64,000 nt of DNA from a virus (taxonomy: Duplodnaviria > Caudoviricetes): IMG/VR virus record IMGVR_UViG_3300009155_000035. One strand, 5' to 3'. The position numbers and the translations under genes are program-made. Position 1 is the first letter of the stretch. The number at the start of each line of letters is the position of its first letter. The notes beneath the pieces are model-generated. The model searched no databases and was not told the DNA's origin. It saw only the letters and a program-made list of their open reading frames with translations. Below are positions 18,108-27,485 of this stretch, in pieces.

Positions 18108-19369
18108 TGGCAGTCTCAATAGCACAATATGTTGATTTGTTGTTTAAAAAGCTACAAGGTGTAGCCAAAACAGCCAACAGCACAACCAAAAGCGCCAGCA
18201 ACGAAAGCATTGCCAGCCCGGCGTTTTTACGTGGCGATATTGTATGGGTAGAATCGAGCCAAATTGGAAACACTGCCCAAGCAATTGCAGGAATTTCCAC
18301 AGCCTACAGAAACGGTAGTGCAGTAGAATGTGTGGCAGATACTACAGTACCCCCAATCGGCAGCATTCGACCCACTTGGTTAACCAACAAAACCTACTGG
18401 ATACCACAGGAATTTGGCGCAGCCTGGCTGCCAAAGGTATTTGTTGGACCCAGCGGTGCTGCCAACATTGAAGCAACAGGTACACAGATATTTTCTGCTG
18501 GCGTTGGCGGAGTTGGTGAATACTATTTTGATACACAAGCCGGGGTTCTAAACTTCATAGGCGAAACTATCCCCACAGTACTTACAGCAGGTAATGTTGT
18601 TTATGTTGCGGGCTATCAATATTCAGGATTGCTTGGCACATCAACTCTACCGGGAAATACCACGATTGGTAATTTGGTAATAGCAAATACCACTATAACT
18701 ACAAATCAAGCAAATGGTAATATTATTCTAGAACCAACTGGGAACGGTCTTGCAATCGTTGATACCACAACAGGATTCGTGTTACCAGTTGGTAACACAG
18801 CATACAGACCATCAAGTCCTGCACAGGGCACAATACGATTTAACACAAGCTCAACTGACGTGGAAGTTTGGGACGGAACTCAATGGACTGGGATCGGCGG
18901 CGCCACCGCCGCAATTACAAATCAGTATATTACCGGTGATGGAAGTAACACTGTTTTTACACTTAATCAAGAATCCAGTGCCGCAGCCATTATTGTTAGT
19001 ACCAATGGTGTGGTGCAGTTTCCGGACATTGCCTACACAGTTACCGGTAATTTGATTACTTTTGTTGAAGCACCTGCATCGACTGATGTGATTGACGTTA
19101 GATTTACCGCAACGCTCAACACAATTAATGCTATTACTAATGCATCGGGGCAAGAACTGATCATTAACCCGTCAGGTGTGGTAAACATCACTAACACTCA
19201 AAGTATTCAACTGCCCAGCTACACTGTGGCACAAGCAAATGCTCTTGGAAACGTAGCTGCCGGGCAAGTTATCTACGTTTCCAACGGCGATAGCGGAAGT
19301 CCCTGTCTAGCAGTTTATTCAGGTGGAATCTGGAAACGGGTTAGTTTTGGCGCAACAATAAGCACCTAA
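18107..19369 (+). CDS. Tail fibre / virion structural protein
   Basis: 420 aa. Shares the RP..P..G.IRFNT and GDG...F modules. Confidence 0.7.
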   Translation: MAVSIAQYVDLLFKKLQGVAKTANSTTKSASNESIASPAFLRGDIVWVESSQIGNTAQAIAGISTAYRNGSAVECVADTTVPPIGSIRPTWLTNKTYWIPQEFGAAWLPKVFVGPSGAANIEATGTQIFSAGVGGVGEYYFDTQAGVLNFIGETIPTVLTAGNVVYVAGYQYSGLLGTSTLPGNTTIGNLVIANTTITTNQANGNIILEPTGNGLAIVDTTTGFVLPVGNTAYRPSSPAQGTIRFNTSSTDVEVWDGTQWTGIGGATAAITNQYITGDGSNTVFTLNQESSAAAIIVSTNGVVQFPDIAYTVTGNLITFVEAPASTDVIDVRFTATLNTINAITNASGQELIINPSGVVNITNTQSIQLPSYTVAQANALGNVAAGQVIYVSNGDSGSPCLAVYSGGIWKRVSFGATIST

Positions 19370-19434
19370 TTTTACTAGCACATACTTTATTATTCAGTGG
19401 CCGCCATAAATAGGTATAACTGGAGGAAACGCTC

Positions 19435-22400
19435 ATGGCCGTTACAAGAATTAAAAATAATCAGATCACTGATGCAACAGTGGTTGCTAGTTCAAAGCTA
19501 GTTGACTACTCAATCACCGCTGCAAAAATTGCCAATAATTTAACCTACAACAGTGATCTTACGGTTGTTGGTAATCTTACTGTTCAGGGTAATACAACCA
19601 CAATCGAAACAACAAACTTGATTGTTGAAGATCCGTTGATTTTGTTAGCTAAAGAACAAACAGCGGCCCCTGCACTGGACATTGGTTTTATTGGTAAGCG
19701 TGGTACGTCAGACAATATTGCTTTTGTCTGGGACGAAAGTTCACAGCAATTTGTCACAGTGTTCACATCAAGTGAAAACACAAACACAGTTATTACCATC
19801 AATAGCTATGCAAGTTTTCAAACTTTAAATTCCAATGTAACTGGAAATCTATCAGTTACTGGAACTACATCTGCCACAGGTAATGTAACTGTTGGCAATA
19901 TTTTTGTTTCTGGAAATACTAAAACAATTGATGCTGGGTTAAATGTTATTGGTAACGTTCAAGACCCTGTTTCAGCACAAGACGCAGCCACCAAAGCTTA
20001 TGTTGATGGATTTATCAGTGGTGGTATCACAATTGAAGATGATACTTCAAACACAACGGTTCTTGCCCTAGACGGAACACTAGAACTGTTGGGCACTGCG
20101 AGTGAAGTTGAAGTGCTTATCACCAATGTTGATCAAGTAACTTTTGGTCTGCCAGCAAATGTCACAGTTGCTAACTTACTCTCAGCAACAACTCTCAGTG
20201 CAACTGGTAATGTAATTGGCGGTAATATCAAAACAGCAGGATTGGTCAGTGCAACTGGTAATGTAATTAGTGGTAACATCAACACAGCAGGATTGGTCAG
20301 TGCAACTGGTAATGTAATTAGTGGTAACGTAGTAACCAGTGGTGCTGTCAGTGCAACTGGAAATGGTACATTTGGTAATATTTCAACAACTGGTACTTTC
20401 CAGGCAGCTACTTTAAGTGCCACAGGCAACATCACTGGTGGTAACTTACTAACTGGTGGACTAATTAATGCAACTGGCAACGTCACAGCTGGAAATCTAA
20501 CAACTGCTGGGCTAACATCGACTGCTACATTAAATGCTTCTGGTAATGCCAACGTTGGCAATTTAGGCACCAGCGGATTAATCACAGCAACAGGTAATGT
20601 CAACACATCGGCAGGCGTATTGGCTGTCGGTAATGTAACTGCTGGTAACATCAATACCGGCGCTCAAGTGCTAGCACTTGGCAACATCACAGGCGGCAAC
20701 ATTATTACTGGCGGAGTAATCACTGCAACTGGTGGTATCAGTACAGCAGCCGGTGTAACAGCAACTGGCAATGTCACTGGTGGTAATTTGATCACTGGTG
20801 GTGCAATTAGTTCCAGTGGTAATATTTCTGGTGCAAATGTAAACGCAACTGGCAACATTGTTCCCACAGCCAATGTAACATACAACTTGGGCAGTTCAAC
20901 AGCACAGTGGAAAGACTTGTATGTTGGAGGCTCTACAATTTATCTAGGAAATGTTCAGTTAAAAGCTGCCACAGCCAACACTTTGACAGTTACCGCAACT
21001 GATGGCACCACTTTGGGTTCTGTAACTGCCGCAACAGTGAGTGCTAGTGGTAATGTAACAGGTGGTAATGTACTAACTGGTGGATTGATTAGTGCCACTG
21101 CTACCATAACTGGTGGCAACTTGGCCACAGGTGGTACAGCAAGTGCCGCAGGTAACATCACTGGTGGTAATGTACTAACTGGTGGATTGATTAGTGCCAC
21201 TGCTACCATAACTGGTGGCAACTTGGCCACAGGTGGTACAGCAACTGTGACCGGCAATATCACTGGTGGTAATTTGATCACTGGTGGATTGGCATCTGTA
21301 TCGGGTGCAATTACAAGCGGTAGTACAATATCAGCAACAGGTAATATCACTGGTGGCAACTTAGGTACTGGTGGAGCAGCAGCTATATCTGGTGCAATTA
21401 CAAGCGGTAGTACAATATCAGCAACAGGTAATATCACTGGTGGTAATTTAGTTACAGGTGGACAAATAGACGCAACTGGCAACGTAAACGGTGGCAACGT
21501 TAACACCGGGGCTGTTAAAAACACAGCCGCAATGACCATTGCCACCACAGCTGGTAATATTAATTTAGAACCAACTGGTAACATCGTACTAAACAACAAG
21601 TATATTAATGGTGTAAGTCAGCCTGTACAAGACAACGATGCTGCCAGCAAGATTTATGTTGACAACATGGTGTCAACACAGTTGGCATATCACCAAGCAG
21701 TATTGGCAGCTACAGTGGGTAACTTGGCTGCAGCCACAGGTGGTGCCATTACGTACAACAACGGCACAGCTGGAGTTGGTGCAACATTGACCACGACTGG
21801 TGCATTTACCTTAATTGATACTGCAAACGTTGCCACAGTTGGCACACGTATTCTTGTCAAGAACCAAGCTGATGCTACACAGAACGGTGTTTATGTTTAC
21901 ACAAGTCCAACAGTAATTACTCGTTCTACAGACGCAGACACATATGGACCAAACAGTTCTACCGACTTGAGTATTAACGACTACTTCTTTGTCACTGGTG
22001 GCAATGTCAATGCTGGTAGTGCCTATATTGTTGATGCACCTTCAGGAGTTATTACTTTTGGTACCAGCAGTATTACGTTTGCTCAATTCAGTAGTTCACA
22101 AACATACACAGCTGGCAACGGCGTCAGCATCAATGGCACAGTAATTTCGGCCAAAGTTGACAACGATACCACAGCATTTGATGGCTTAGGTAATATCATT
22201 GTCAAAGCTGGTGCAAACTTAACAACACCAAACATTGGTGCGGCCACTGGTACAAGCCTGAGCGTAACAGGTAATGTGTCAGGCGGTAACCTAACCACTG
22301 GTGGATTAATTTCTGCAACTGGTAACATCACTGGTGGTAATGTACTAACCAGCGGACAAGTAAGTGCTACCGGTAATGGTACATTTGGTAATATCTCAAC

Positions 22401-25400
22401 AACCGGAACATTTAGTGCCGCAAGTTTAAGTGCAACTGGAAATATCACAGGAGGCAATTTGCTCACTGGCGGTATTTTAAGCGCAACCGGCAATGTGTCG
22501 GGTGGTAACTTGATCACTGCTGGTTTGATTACAGCCACAGGCAACGTCAACACATCAGCCGGTGTTTTAGCTACAGGTAACGTAATTGGTGGCAACTTAG
22601 TCACAGGTGGCCTAATATCAGCTACTGGAAATATTACCGGCTCAACAATATTTGGGCAACAAGCTAATATTACCGGCAATACTCACAGTGGAAATGTAAT
22701 ATCGTCTGGCATTATCACTGCCACTGGCAATGTGTCTGGTGGTAATTTAACAACAGCTGGTTTGATTACAGCTACAGGAAATATCAATGGTGGCAATGTT
22801 ATTAGTTCTGCACTAGTACAAGGTACAACTGTAAGTGCGTCTGGTAACATTGTTGCTGGTAATGCCAATATCACTTCTGCAGTCAACTCAGCCACAGTGT
22901 CAGCTACAGGAAATATCAATGGTGGCAATGTTATTAGTTCTGCACTAGTAGAGGGTACAACTGTAAGTGCGTCTGGTAACATTGTTGCTGGTAATGCCAA
23001 TATCACTTCTGCAGTCAACTCAGCCACAGTGTCAGCTACAGGCAATGTCACAGGTGGCAATTTAATCACTGCTGGGTTGATCACAGCAACCGGCAACATC
23101 ACCGGTGGCAACTTAAACATATCTGGCCTAGCATCGGTCACTGGCAACGTAATAAGCGGTAACTTAACTACTACTGGACTAACGTCAACTACTACATTAA
23201 ATGCCTCGGGCAATGCCAACGTAGGTAATTTAGGTACCAGTGGATTAATTACAGCCACAGGAAATATCAATGGCGGCAATGTTGGCACTGCCGGACAAGT
23301 AAGTGCAACAGGTAACATTACTGGTGGTAACTTGATCACTGCTGGTTTGATTACAGCAACAGGTAATGTCAACACATCGGCAGGCGTATTGGCTACTGGC
23401 AACGTCACAGCTGGTAATTTAAACACAGGCGGAAACGTAATCACAGGCGGGTTAATTACTGCTACTGGCAACATCAGCACCGGTGCTAACTTAATTGCCA
23501 GCGGATATGCCACAGTAACTGGTAACGTCACAGGTGGTAATGTACTGACAGGTGGATTAATTTCAGCAACTGCCAACATCACTGGTGGCAACTTACTAAC
23601 TGGCGGTTTAATTTCAGCAACTGCCAACATCACTGGTGGCAACTTACTAACTGGCGGTTTAATTACTGCAACTGGTAACATTACAGCCGGTAACATCACC
23701 ACAGCTGGCCAGGCCAACTTAGGTAACATTGTCATCAGTGGTAACAACATCACTGGCACAAATGGTAAAGTTACATTTAACTCTGCTGTAGCCGATGTTG
23801 ATTTTATATTCTCTGGTGACAGTATTGCAAACTTGCTGTATATTGACGCAGGGACAGACACAGTTAATATTGGTACAGGCACCCCAGTGGCAAATGCCGT
23901 ACTTAATATTGGTACCACCAATTCGATAATTATTCCAGTGGGTACTACTGGTCAACGACCACCAACTCCTGCTACTGGTATGTTGCGTTTCAACACTAGT
24001 TTGGATGCAGTTGAATTTTATGATGCAACCCAATGGACCATTGCTGGTACAGAGTTTACAATTGTTGTTGCAAATACACAACAAGGTAATGGTACACAAG
24101 TAAACTTTGGACTACCAGGTAACTCAACAACAGCAAGTACAATTGTTGCAATTAACGGCGTTTTACAGACTCCGGTGACTGCGTACTCTGTTGCTGGCAA
24201 TGTTTGTACATTTACAGAAGCGCCACAATCAACTGATACCATTGATTTCCGTATTCTAACTACCACAACAACGGTGGCTGCTATTTCTGGAGCAGGTGGT
24301 GGCACAGTTGAAGCAAGTTCAACTGAAGCCACTATCAATATTACTGGCAACTTAGTTGTTACTGGCGGAACGCTTACAGGTGATGGTAGTGGACTAACTA
24401 ACCTAAACGTATCTGGAAATTCAATTAGCTTTGGTACTTCTAATGTGGCAGTGAGAACCAACAACGGCAATGTTGAAACAAACGTTAATGGTACCACAGT
24501 ACAAACTGTTAGTCCAGGACTAGTGGCAATCACAGGAGACTTGAGTGTTACTGGCAATGCAACATTGAGTGGCAACATCCTAGGCGACAGAATACAAAAC
24601 GGTACAACTACCATCGATATTCAAACACCCAATGGCAATGCCAACATCACAGTGGGCGGTACAAGTAATGTTGCTGTGTTTAGCACAACTGGTGCTAATA
24701 TTACAGGCACTTTAAGTGCTAGCGGCAACATCACTGGCAGTTATATTTTAGGTAATGGTAGCCAACTAACCGGCATCGATGCCACAAGTATTCAGAGTGG
24801 TACTAGTAACGTAAGAGTTACAAGTTCAGGTGGTAATGTAACAACCAGTGTTGGTGGAACAGCCAACGTGGTAGTTGTAACTGGCACCGGTGCCAACGTT
24901 GCAGGTACTTTAAGTGCTAGCGGCAATGTCAGTGGTGGCAACCTAAGTGGTACTAACATTGTGGGAACATTGACCACAGCGGCACAGACCAATATTACTT
25001 CAGTGGGTACTTTGGGTGCATTGAGTGTTACTGGCAACATTACTAGTGGCAACCTAAGTGGTACTAACATTGTGGGAACATTGACCACAGCGGCACAAAC
25101 CAATATCACAAGTGTGGGCACATTGGGCTCATTGAGTGTTACAGGTAACGTAACGCCAGGTGGTATATCCACAGCTGGTAACATCACTGCTGGTTACTTG
25201 TTTGGTAATGCTAGCTTGGTAACTGGACTTAGTGCTAGCAAGATTGTTAACGGCACAAGTGAAGTTAACGTTGCAACCAGTGGTGGTAACATTACAGTTA
25301 AAGTTGGCGGCGATTCAGTTGTTACATTTGCAGGCGCCAACCTTTTAGCAAATGTAATACCTAACTATGGTATTGTTGCAAGTGGTAACATCACTGGCAG

Positions 25401-26268
25401 TTATATTTTAGGTAATGGTAGCCAGCTGACAGGTATTGATGCTACAAGTATTCAAAGCGGCACCAGTAACGTAAGAGTTACAAGTTCAGGTGGTAATGTG
25501 ACAACCAGTGTTGGCGGTACTGCAAACGTGGTAGTTGTAACTGGCACAGGTGCCAATATTGCAGGCACCATAAGTGCAAGTGGTAACATCACTGGTGGCA
25601 ACTTAGCCACAGGTGGTACAGTAAGTGCAACCGGCAATGCCACAGTTGGTAATATCAGTGCCACAAATCACACAGGTACTACTGTAAGTGTAACAGGTAA
25701 TGTGTCAGGCGGTAACCTAACCACTGGTGGATTAATTTCTGCAACTGGTAACATCACTGGTGGCAACTTGAGTGTAAGCACTGGTACAGTAACATTGGGC
25801 AACATTGTTAATAGCAATGCTAACGGAGTAGGTAACATTGGTAGCTCAGGCACCTACTTTAATACGGTGTTTGCTAAGGCAACGTCGGCACAATACGCTG
25901 ACTTGGCAGAAAAGTACATAGCAGATGCAGAATACGAACCAGGTACTGTTGTGGCATTTGGCGGCGAACACGAAGTTACAATCGGTGCATTTGATTCTGA
26001 TCGAGCAGTAGCTGGTGTGGTTTCTACAAATCCAAGTTATATCATGAATGGAACATTACAAGGCGAATTTATTGCCACAGTAGCATTAACTGGGCGTGTT
26101 CCGACTCGTGTTGTGGGCAAAGTACGCAAAGGAGATTTAATGGTATCGGCAGGCAACGGTTGTGCTCGTGCCGAACTAGATCCTCGAGTTGGCACTGTAA
26201 TTGGTAAAGCTCTTGAAAACTTTGATGGTGTAGAAGGTGTAATTGAAGTTGTTGTAGGACGAGTCTAA
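19435..26268 (+). CDS. Giant repeat tail fibre/adhesin with C-terminal peptidase-G2-like intramolecular chaperone
   Basis: 2277 aa with many (S/T)ATGN(I/V)TGGNL.T.G.I repeats. C-terminus AQYADLAEKY...EPGTVV...VVSTNP...VALTGRVP..V.G...KGD. Confidence 0.8.
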   Translation: MAVTRIKNNQITDATVVASSKLVDYSITAAKIANNLTYNSDLTVVGNLTVQGNTTTIETTNLIVEDPLILLAKEQTAAPALDIGFIGKRGTSDNIAFVWDESSQQFVTVFTSSENTNTVITINSYASFQTLNSNVTGNLSVTGTTSATGNVTVGNIFVSGNTKTIDAGLNVIGNVQDPVSAQDAATKAYVDGFISGGITIEDDTSNTTVLALDGTLELLGTASEVEVLITNVDQVTFGLPANVTVANLLSATTLSATGNVIGGNIKTAGLVSATGNVISGNINTAGLVSATGNVISGNVVTSGAVSATGNGTFGNISTTGTFQAATLSATGNITGGNLLTGGLINATGNVTAGNLTTAGLTSTATLNASGNANVGNLGTSGLITATGNVNTSAGVLAVGNVTAGNINTGAQVLALGNITGGNIITGGVITATGGISTAAGVTATGNVTGGNLITGGAISSSGNISGANVNATGNIVPTANVTYNLGSSTAQWKDLYVGGSTIYLGNVQLKAATANTLTVTATDGTTLGSVTAATVSASGNVTGGNVLTGGLISATATITGGNLATGGTASAAGNITGGNVLTGGLISATATITGGNLATGGTATVTGNITGGNLITGGLASVSGAITSGSTISATGNITGGNLGTGGAAAISGAITSGSTISATGNITGGNLVTGGQIDATGNVNGGNVNTGAVKNTAAMTIATTAGNINLEPTGNIVLNNKYINGVSQPVQDNDAASKIYVDNMVSTQLAYHQAVLAATVGNLAAATGGAITYNNGTAGVGATLTTTGAFTLIDTANVATVGTRILVKNQADATQNGVYVYTSPTVITRSTDADTYGPNSSTDLSINDYFFVTGGNVNAGSAYIVDAPSGVITFGTSSITFAQFSSSQTYTAGNGVSINGTVISAKVDNDTTAFDGLGNIIVKAGANLTTPNIGAATGTSLSVTGNVSGGNLTTGGLISATGNITGGNVLTSGQVSATGNGTFGNISTTGTFSAASLSATGNITGGNLLTGGILSATGNVSGGNLITAGLITATGNVNTSAGVLATGNVIGGNLVTGGLISATGNITGSTIFGQQANITGNTHSGNVISSGIITATGNVSGGNLTTAGLITATGNINGGNVISSALVQGTTVSASGNIVAGNANITSAVNSATVSATGNINGGNVISSALVEGTTVSASGNIVAGNANITSAVNSATVSATGNVTGGNLITAGLITATGNITGGNLNISGLASVTGNVISGNLTTTGLTSTTTLNASGNANVGNLGTSGLITATGNINGGNVGTAGQVSATGNITGGNLITAGLITATGNVNTSAGVLATGNVTAGNLNTGGNVITGGLITATGNISTGANLIASGYATVTGNVTGGNVLTGGLISATANITGGNLLTGGLISATANITGGNLLTGGLITATGNITAGNITTAGQANLGNIVISGNNITGTNGKVTFNSAVADVDFIFSGDSIANLLYIDAGTDTVNIGTGTPVANAVLNIGTTNSIIIPVGTTGQRPPTPATGMLRFNTSLDAVEFYDATQWTIAGTEFTIVVANTQQGNGTQVNFGLPGNSTTASTIVAINGVLQTPVTAYSVAGNVCTFTEAPQSTDTIDFRILTTTTTVAAISGAGGGTVEASSTEATINITGNLVVTGGTLTGDGSGLTNLNVSGNSISFGTSNVAVRTNNGNVETNVNGTTVQTVSPGLVAITGDLSVTGNATLSGNILGDRIQNGTTTIDIQTPNGNANITVGGTSNVAVFSTTGANITGTLSASGNITGSYILGNGSQLTGIDATSIQSGTSNVRVTSSGGNVTTSVGGTANVVVVTGTGANVAGTLSASGNVSGGNLSGTNIVGTLTTAAQTNITSVGTLGALSVTGNITSGNLSGTNIVGTLTTAAQTNITSVGTLGSLSVTGNVTPGGISTAGNITAGYLFGNASLVTGLSASKIVNGTSEVNVATSGGNITVKVGGDSVVTFAGANLLANVIPNYGIVASGNITGSYILGNGSQLTGIDATSIQSGTSNVRVTSSGGNVTTSVGGTANVVVVTGTGANIAGTISASGNITGGNLATGGTVSATGNATVGNISATNHTGTTVSVTGNVSGGNLTTGGLISATGNITGGNLSVSTGTVTLGNIVNSNANGVGNIGSSGTYFNTVFAKATSAQYADLAEKYIADAEYEPGTVVAFGGEHEVTIGAFDSDRAVAGVVSTNPSYIMNGTLQGEFIATVALTGRVPTRVVGKVRKGDLMVSAGNGCARAELDPRVGTVIGKALENFDGVEGVIEVVVGRV
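21061..21244 (+). repeat. Exact 82-nt duplication in the fibre gene (offset 102 nt)
   Basis: GGTGGTAATGTACTAACT...GGTACAGCAA at 21061 and 21163. Confidence 0.9.
22264..25763 (+). repeat. Exact 74-nt dispersed direct repeat (22264-22337 and 25690-25763)
   Basis: GTAACAGGTAATGTGTCAGGCGGTAACCTAACCACTGGTGGATTAATTTCTGCAACTGGTAACATCACTGGTGG twice. Offset 3426 nt, in frame. Confidence 0.9.
22769..23042 (+). repeat. Near-exact 132-nt tandem duplication (44 aa)
   Basis: The unit start CAGCTACAGG recurs at 22769, 22901 and 23033. The copies differ only at CAA/GAG. Confidence 0.9.
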
Positions 26269-26280
26269 CCAACAATCCAA

Positions 26281-26309
26281 AATAGGGCAGGCGACTGCCC
26301 TATTTTTTT
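26281..26309 (+). terminator. Intrinsic terminator after the giant fibre gene
   Basis: AATAGGGCAG-GCGA-CTGCCCTATT-TTTTT. Confidence 0.9.
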
Positions 26310-26320
26310 GGATAAATATA

Positions 26321-26413
26321 CAATGGCAGCCGGGCTGTGTGATTGGTAAAGCACTGGGAGAATACAACAGTGATGAACCAGGTGTGATTGAAGTAGTAAT
26401 AGGGAGACTATAA
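26321..26413 (+). pseudogene. 3' remnant of a deleted fibre gene paralog
   Basis: Startless frame QWQPGCVIGKALGEYNSDEPGVIEVVIGRL* matches the fibre C-terminus VGTVIGKALENFDGVEGVIEVVVGRV*. Confidence 0.8.
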
Positions 26414-27075
26414 TGTTAACAAAGTATCGTGAACACTACGAAGGAGAGTTTGTACTAACAAATACTACCATTCGTGACGGAGAAAAAATTGAACAACGTG
26501 AGTGGGTACCAAACCCTATCACCAATCAGCACGTATCTAACTATGCGGCTGTTATTGGCAGTGACAATAACAAAGAGTGGTTTGACCATGAAATTTTGCA
26601 AAATCATCGTGGTGGTATTTTGAGCACACGCCGTATGCAGACTTATGGTTGCAACGAGGTATGGCGCAATACCAAATTAGATTTCTATGTTACTAGAAAA
26701 CCAGCCGAATTGGAAGATATCAAGGTCGCTGGATATCACAACAACCACATTGTTTATACAACAGTCAGACAAACATTACGAAATCCAGGATCATTTTATG
26801 TTGTGCCACATGCACCTGCGTATGATGAGTTGGCGCTAGCAGTTTACTTGGCTGCATTTGATGGACACAAAGAAATATTTTTACTTGGCTATAACAAAGA
26901 TACACAAGGTGTTGACAACGACTGGGTACAGCAAGTATCCGATGTTATTAAATCCTATCGTAATTGCAAATTTTATCTAGTTGGACCCACAGCCAACTTG
27001 CATGAAGTTTGGAGAGCACACCGCAATGTTGACTGTTTAACGTTTAGAGATTTTATCACTCATTGTGACATTTGA
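26413..27075 (+). CDS. Paralog of the 14023 sialyltransferase-fold protein, with a degenerate first motif
   Basis: AAVIGS, YGCNEVWR, IFLLGYN, W..Q...V...Y....F align with 14023..14607. Confidence 0.55.
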   Translation: MLTKYREHYEGEFVLTNTTIRDGEKIEQREWVPNPITNQHVSNYAAVIGSDNNKEWFDHEILQNHRGGILSTRRMQTYGCNEVWRNTKLDFYVTRKPAELEDIKVAGYHNNHIVYTTVRQTLRNPGSFYVVPHAPAYDELALAVYLAAFDGHKEIFLLGYNKDTQGVDNDWVQQVSDVIKSYRNCKFYLVGPTANLHEVWRAHRNVDCLTFRDFITHCDI

Positions 27076-27485
27076 AATTGTTGTTTGATTAGTGCGATTT
27101 TTTCTAACACAACATCAAAGTTGACGGTGTTCCACAACCCAGGATGCATGGGCCTGGGATACGCATCACCGTCGATCCAAGCATATCCCAGATGTTCAAA
27201 ATTTAAGTTGGGTTTAAACTCATCTTGTACACAGCAAAAAAATGTGTGATAGGCAAAGGCGTCATCGGGACTGGTGAATTTTTCAATCGGAACCAAGGCC
27301 AAATGTTCTGGCATACTGCCCAACTCTTCAGTGCATTCTCGAGTTATAGTGTCGATCAAACTTTCGCCTGGTTCAATTTTCCCGCCAGCAAGCCCCCATG
27401 TCATGGGATGACGAGAATCATTACGCATTAGATACAAATAACGTTGAGTGTTTAGGCTGTAAAACCATACTCCAACTGCACTCAC
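27060..27485 (-). CDS. NUDIX hydrolase
   Basis: Complete Nudix box GKIEPGESLIDTITRECTEELG. GTG start overlaps the gp15 TGA; ATG 27500 is an alternative start. Confidence 0.9.
   Translation of the reverse strand: MSAVGVWFYSLNTQRYLYLMRNDSRHPMTWGLAGGKIEPGESLIDTITRECTEELGSMPEHLALVPIEKFTSPDDAFAYHTFFCCVQDEFKPNLNFEHLGYAWIDGDAYPRPMHPGLWNTVNFDVVLEKIALIKQQFQMSQ

Noticed and set aside
22769-23663. Repeats read as a CRISPR array
   Set aside because: They are in-frame coding repeats with no unique spacers and no cas genes.
19584-25853. Long antisense ORFs over the giant fibre (e.g. 22683..23921, 20955..21599)
   Set aside because: They are shadows of the Gly/Asn/Thr/Ala repeat codons, give Pro/Val/Leu low-complexity translations, and have no promoter or RBS.
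26323-26349. Mini-ORF MAAGLCDW*
   Set aside because: It is better explained as the out-of-frame product of the deletion junction.
26190-26413. Fibre C-terminus and remnant read as a DGR variable/template repeat pair
   Set aside because: Differences are spread over synonymous positions rather than adenine-specific, and no reverse transcriptase is in the window.
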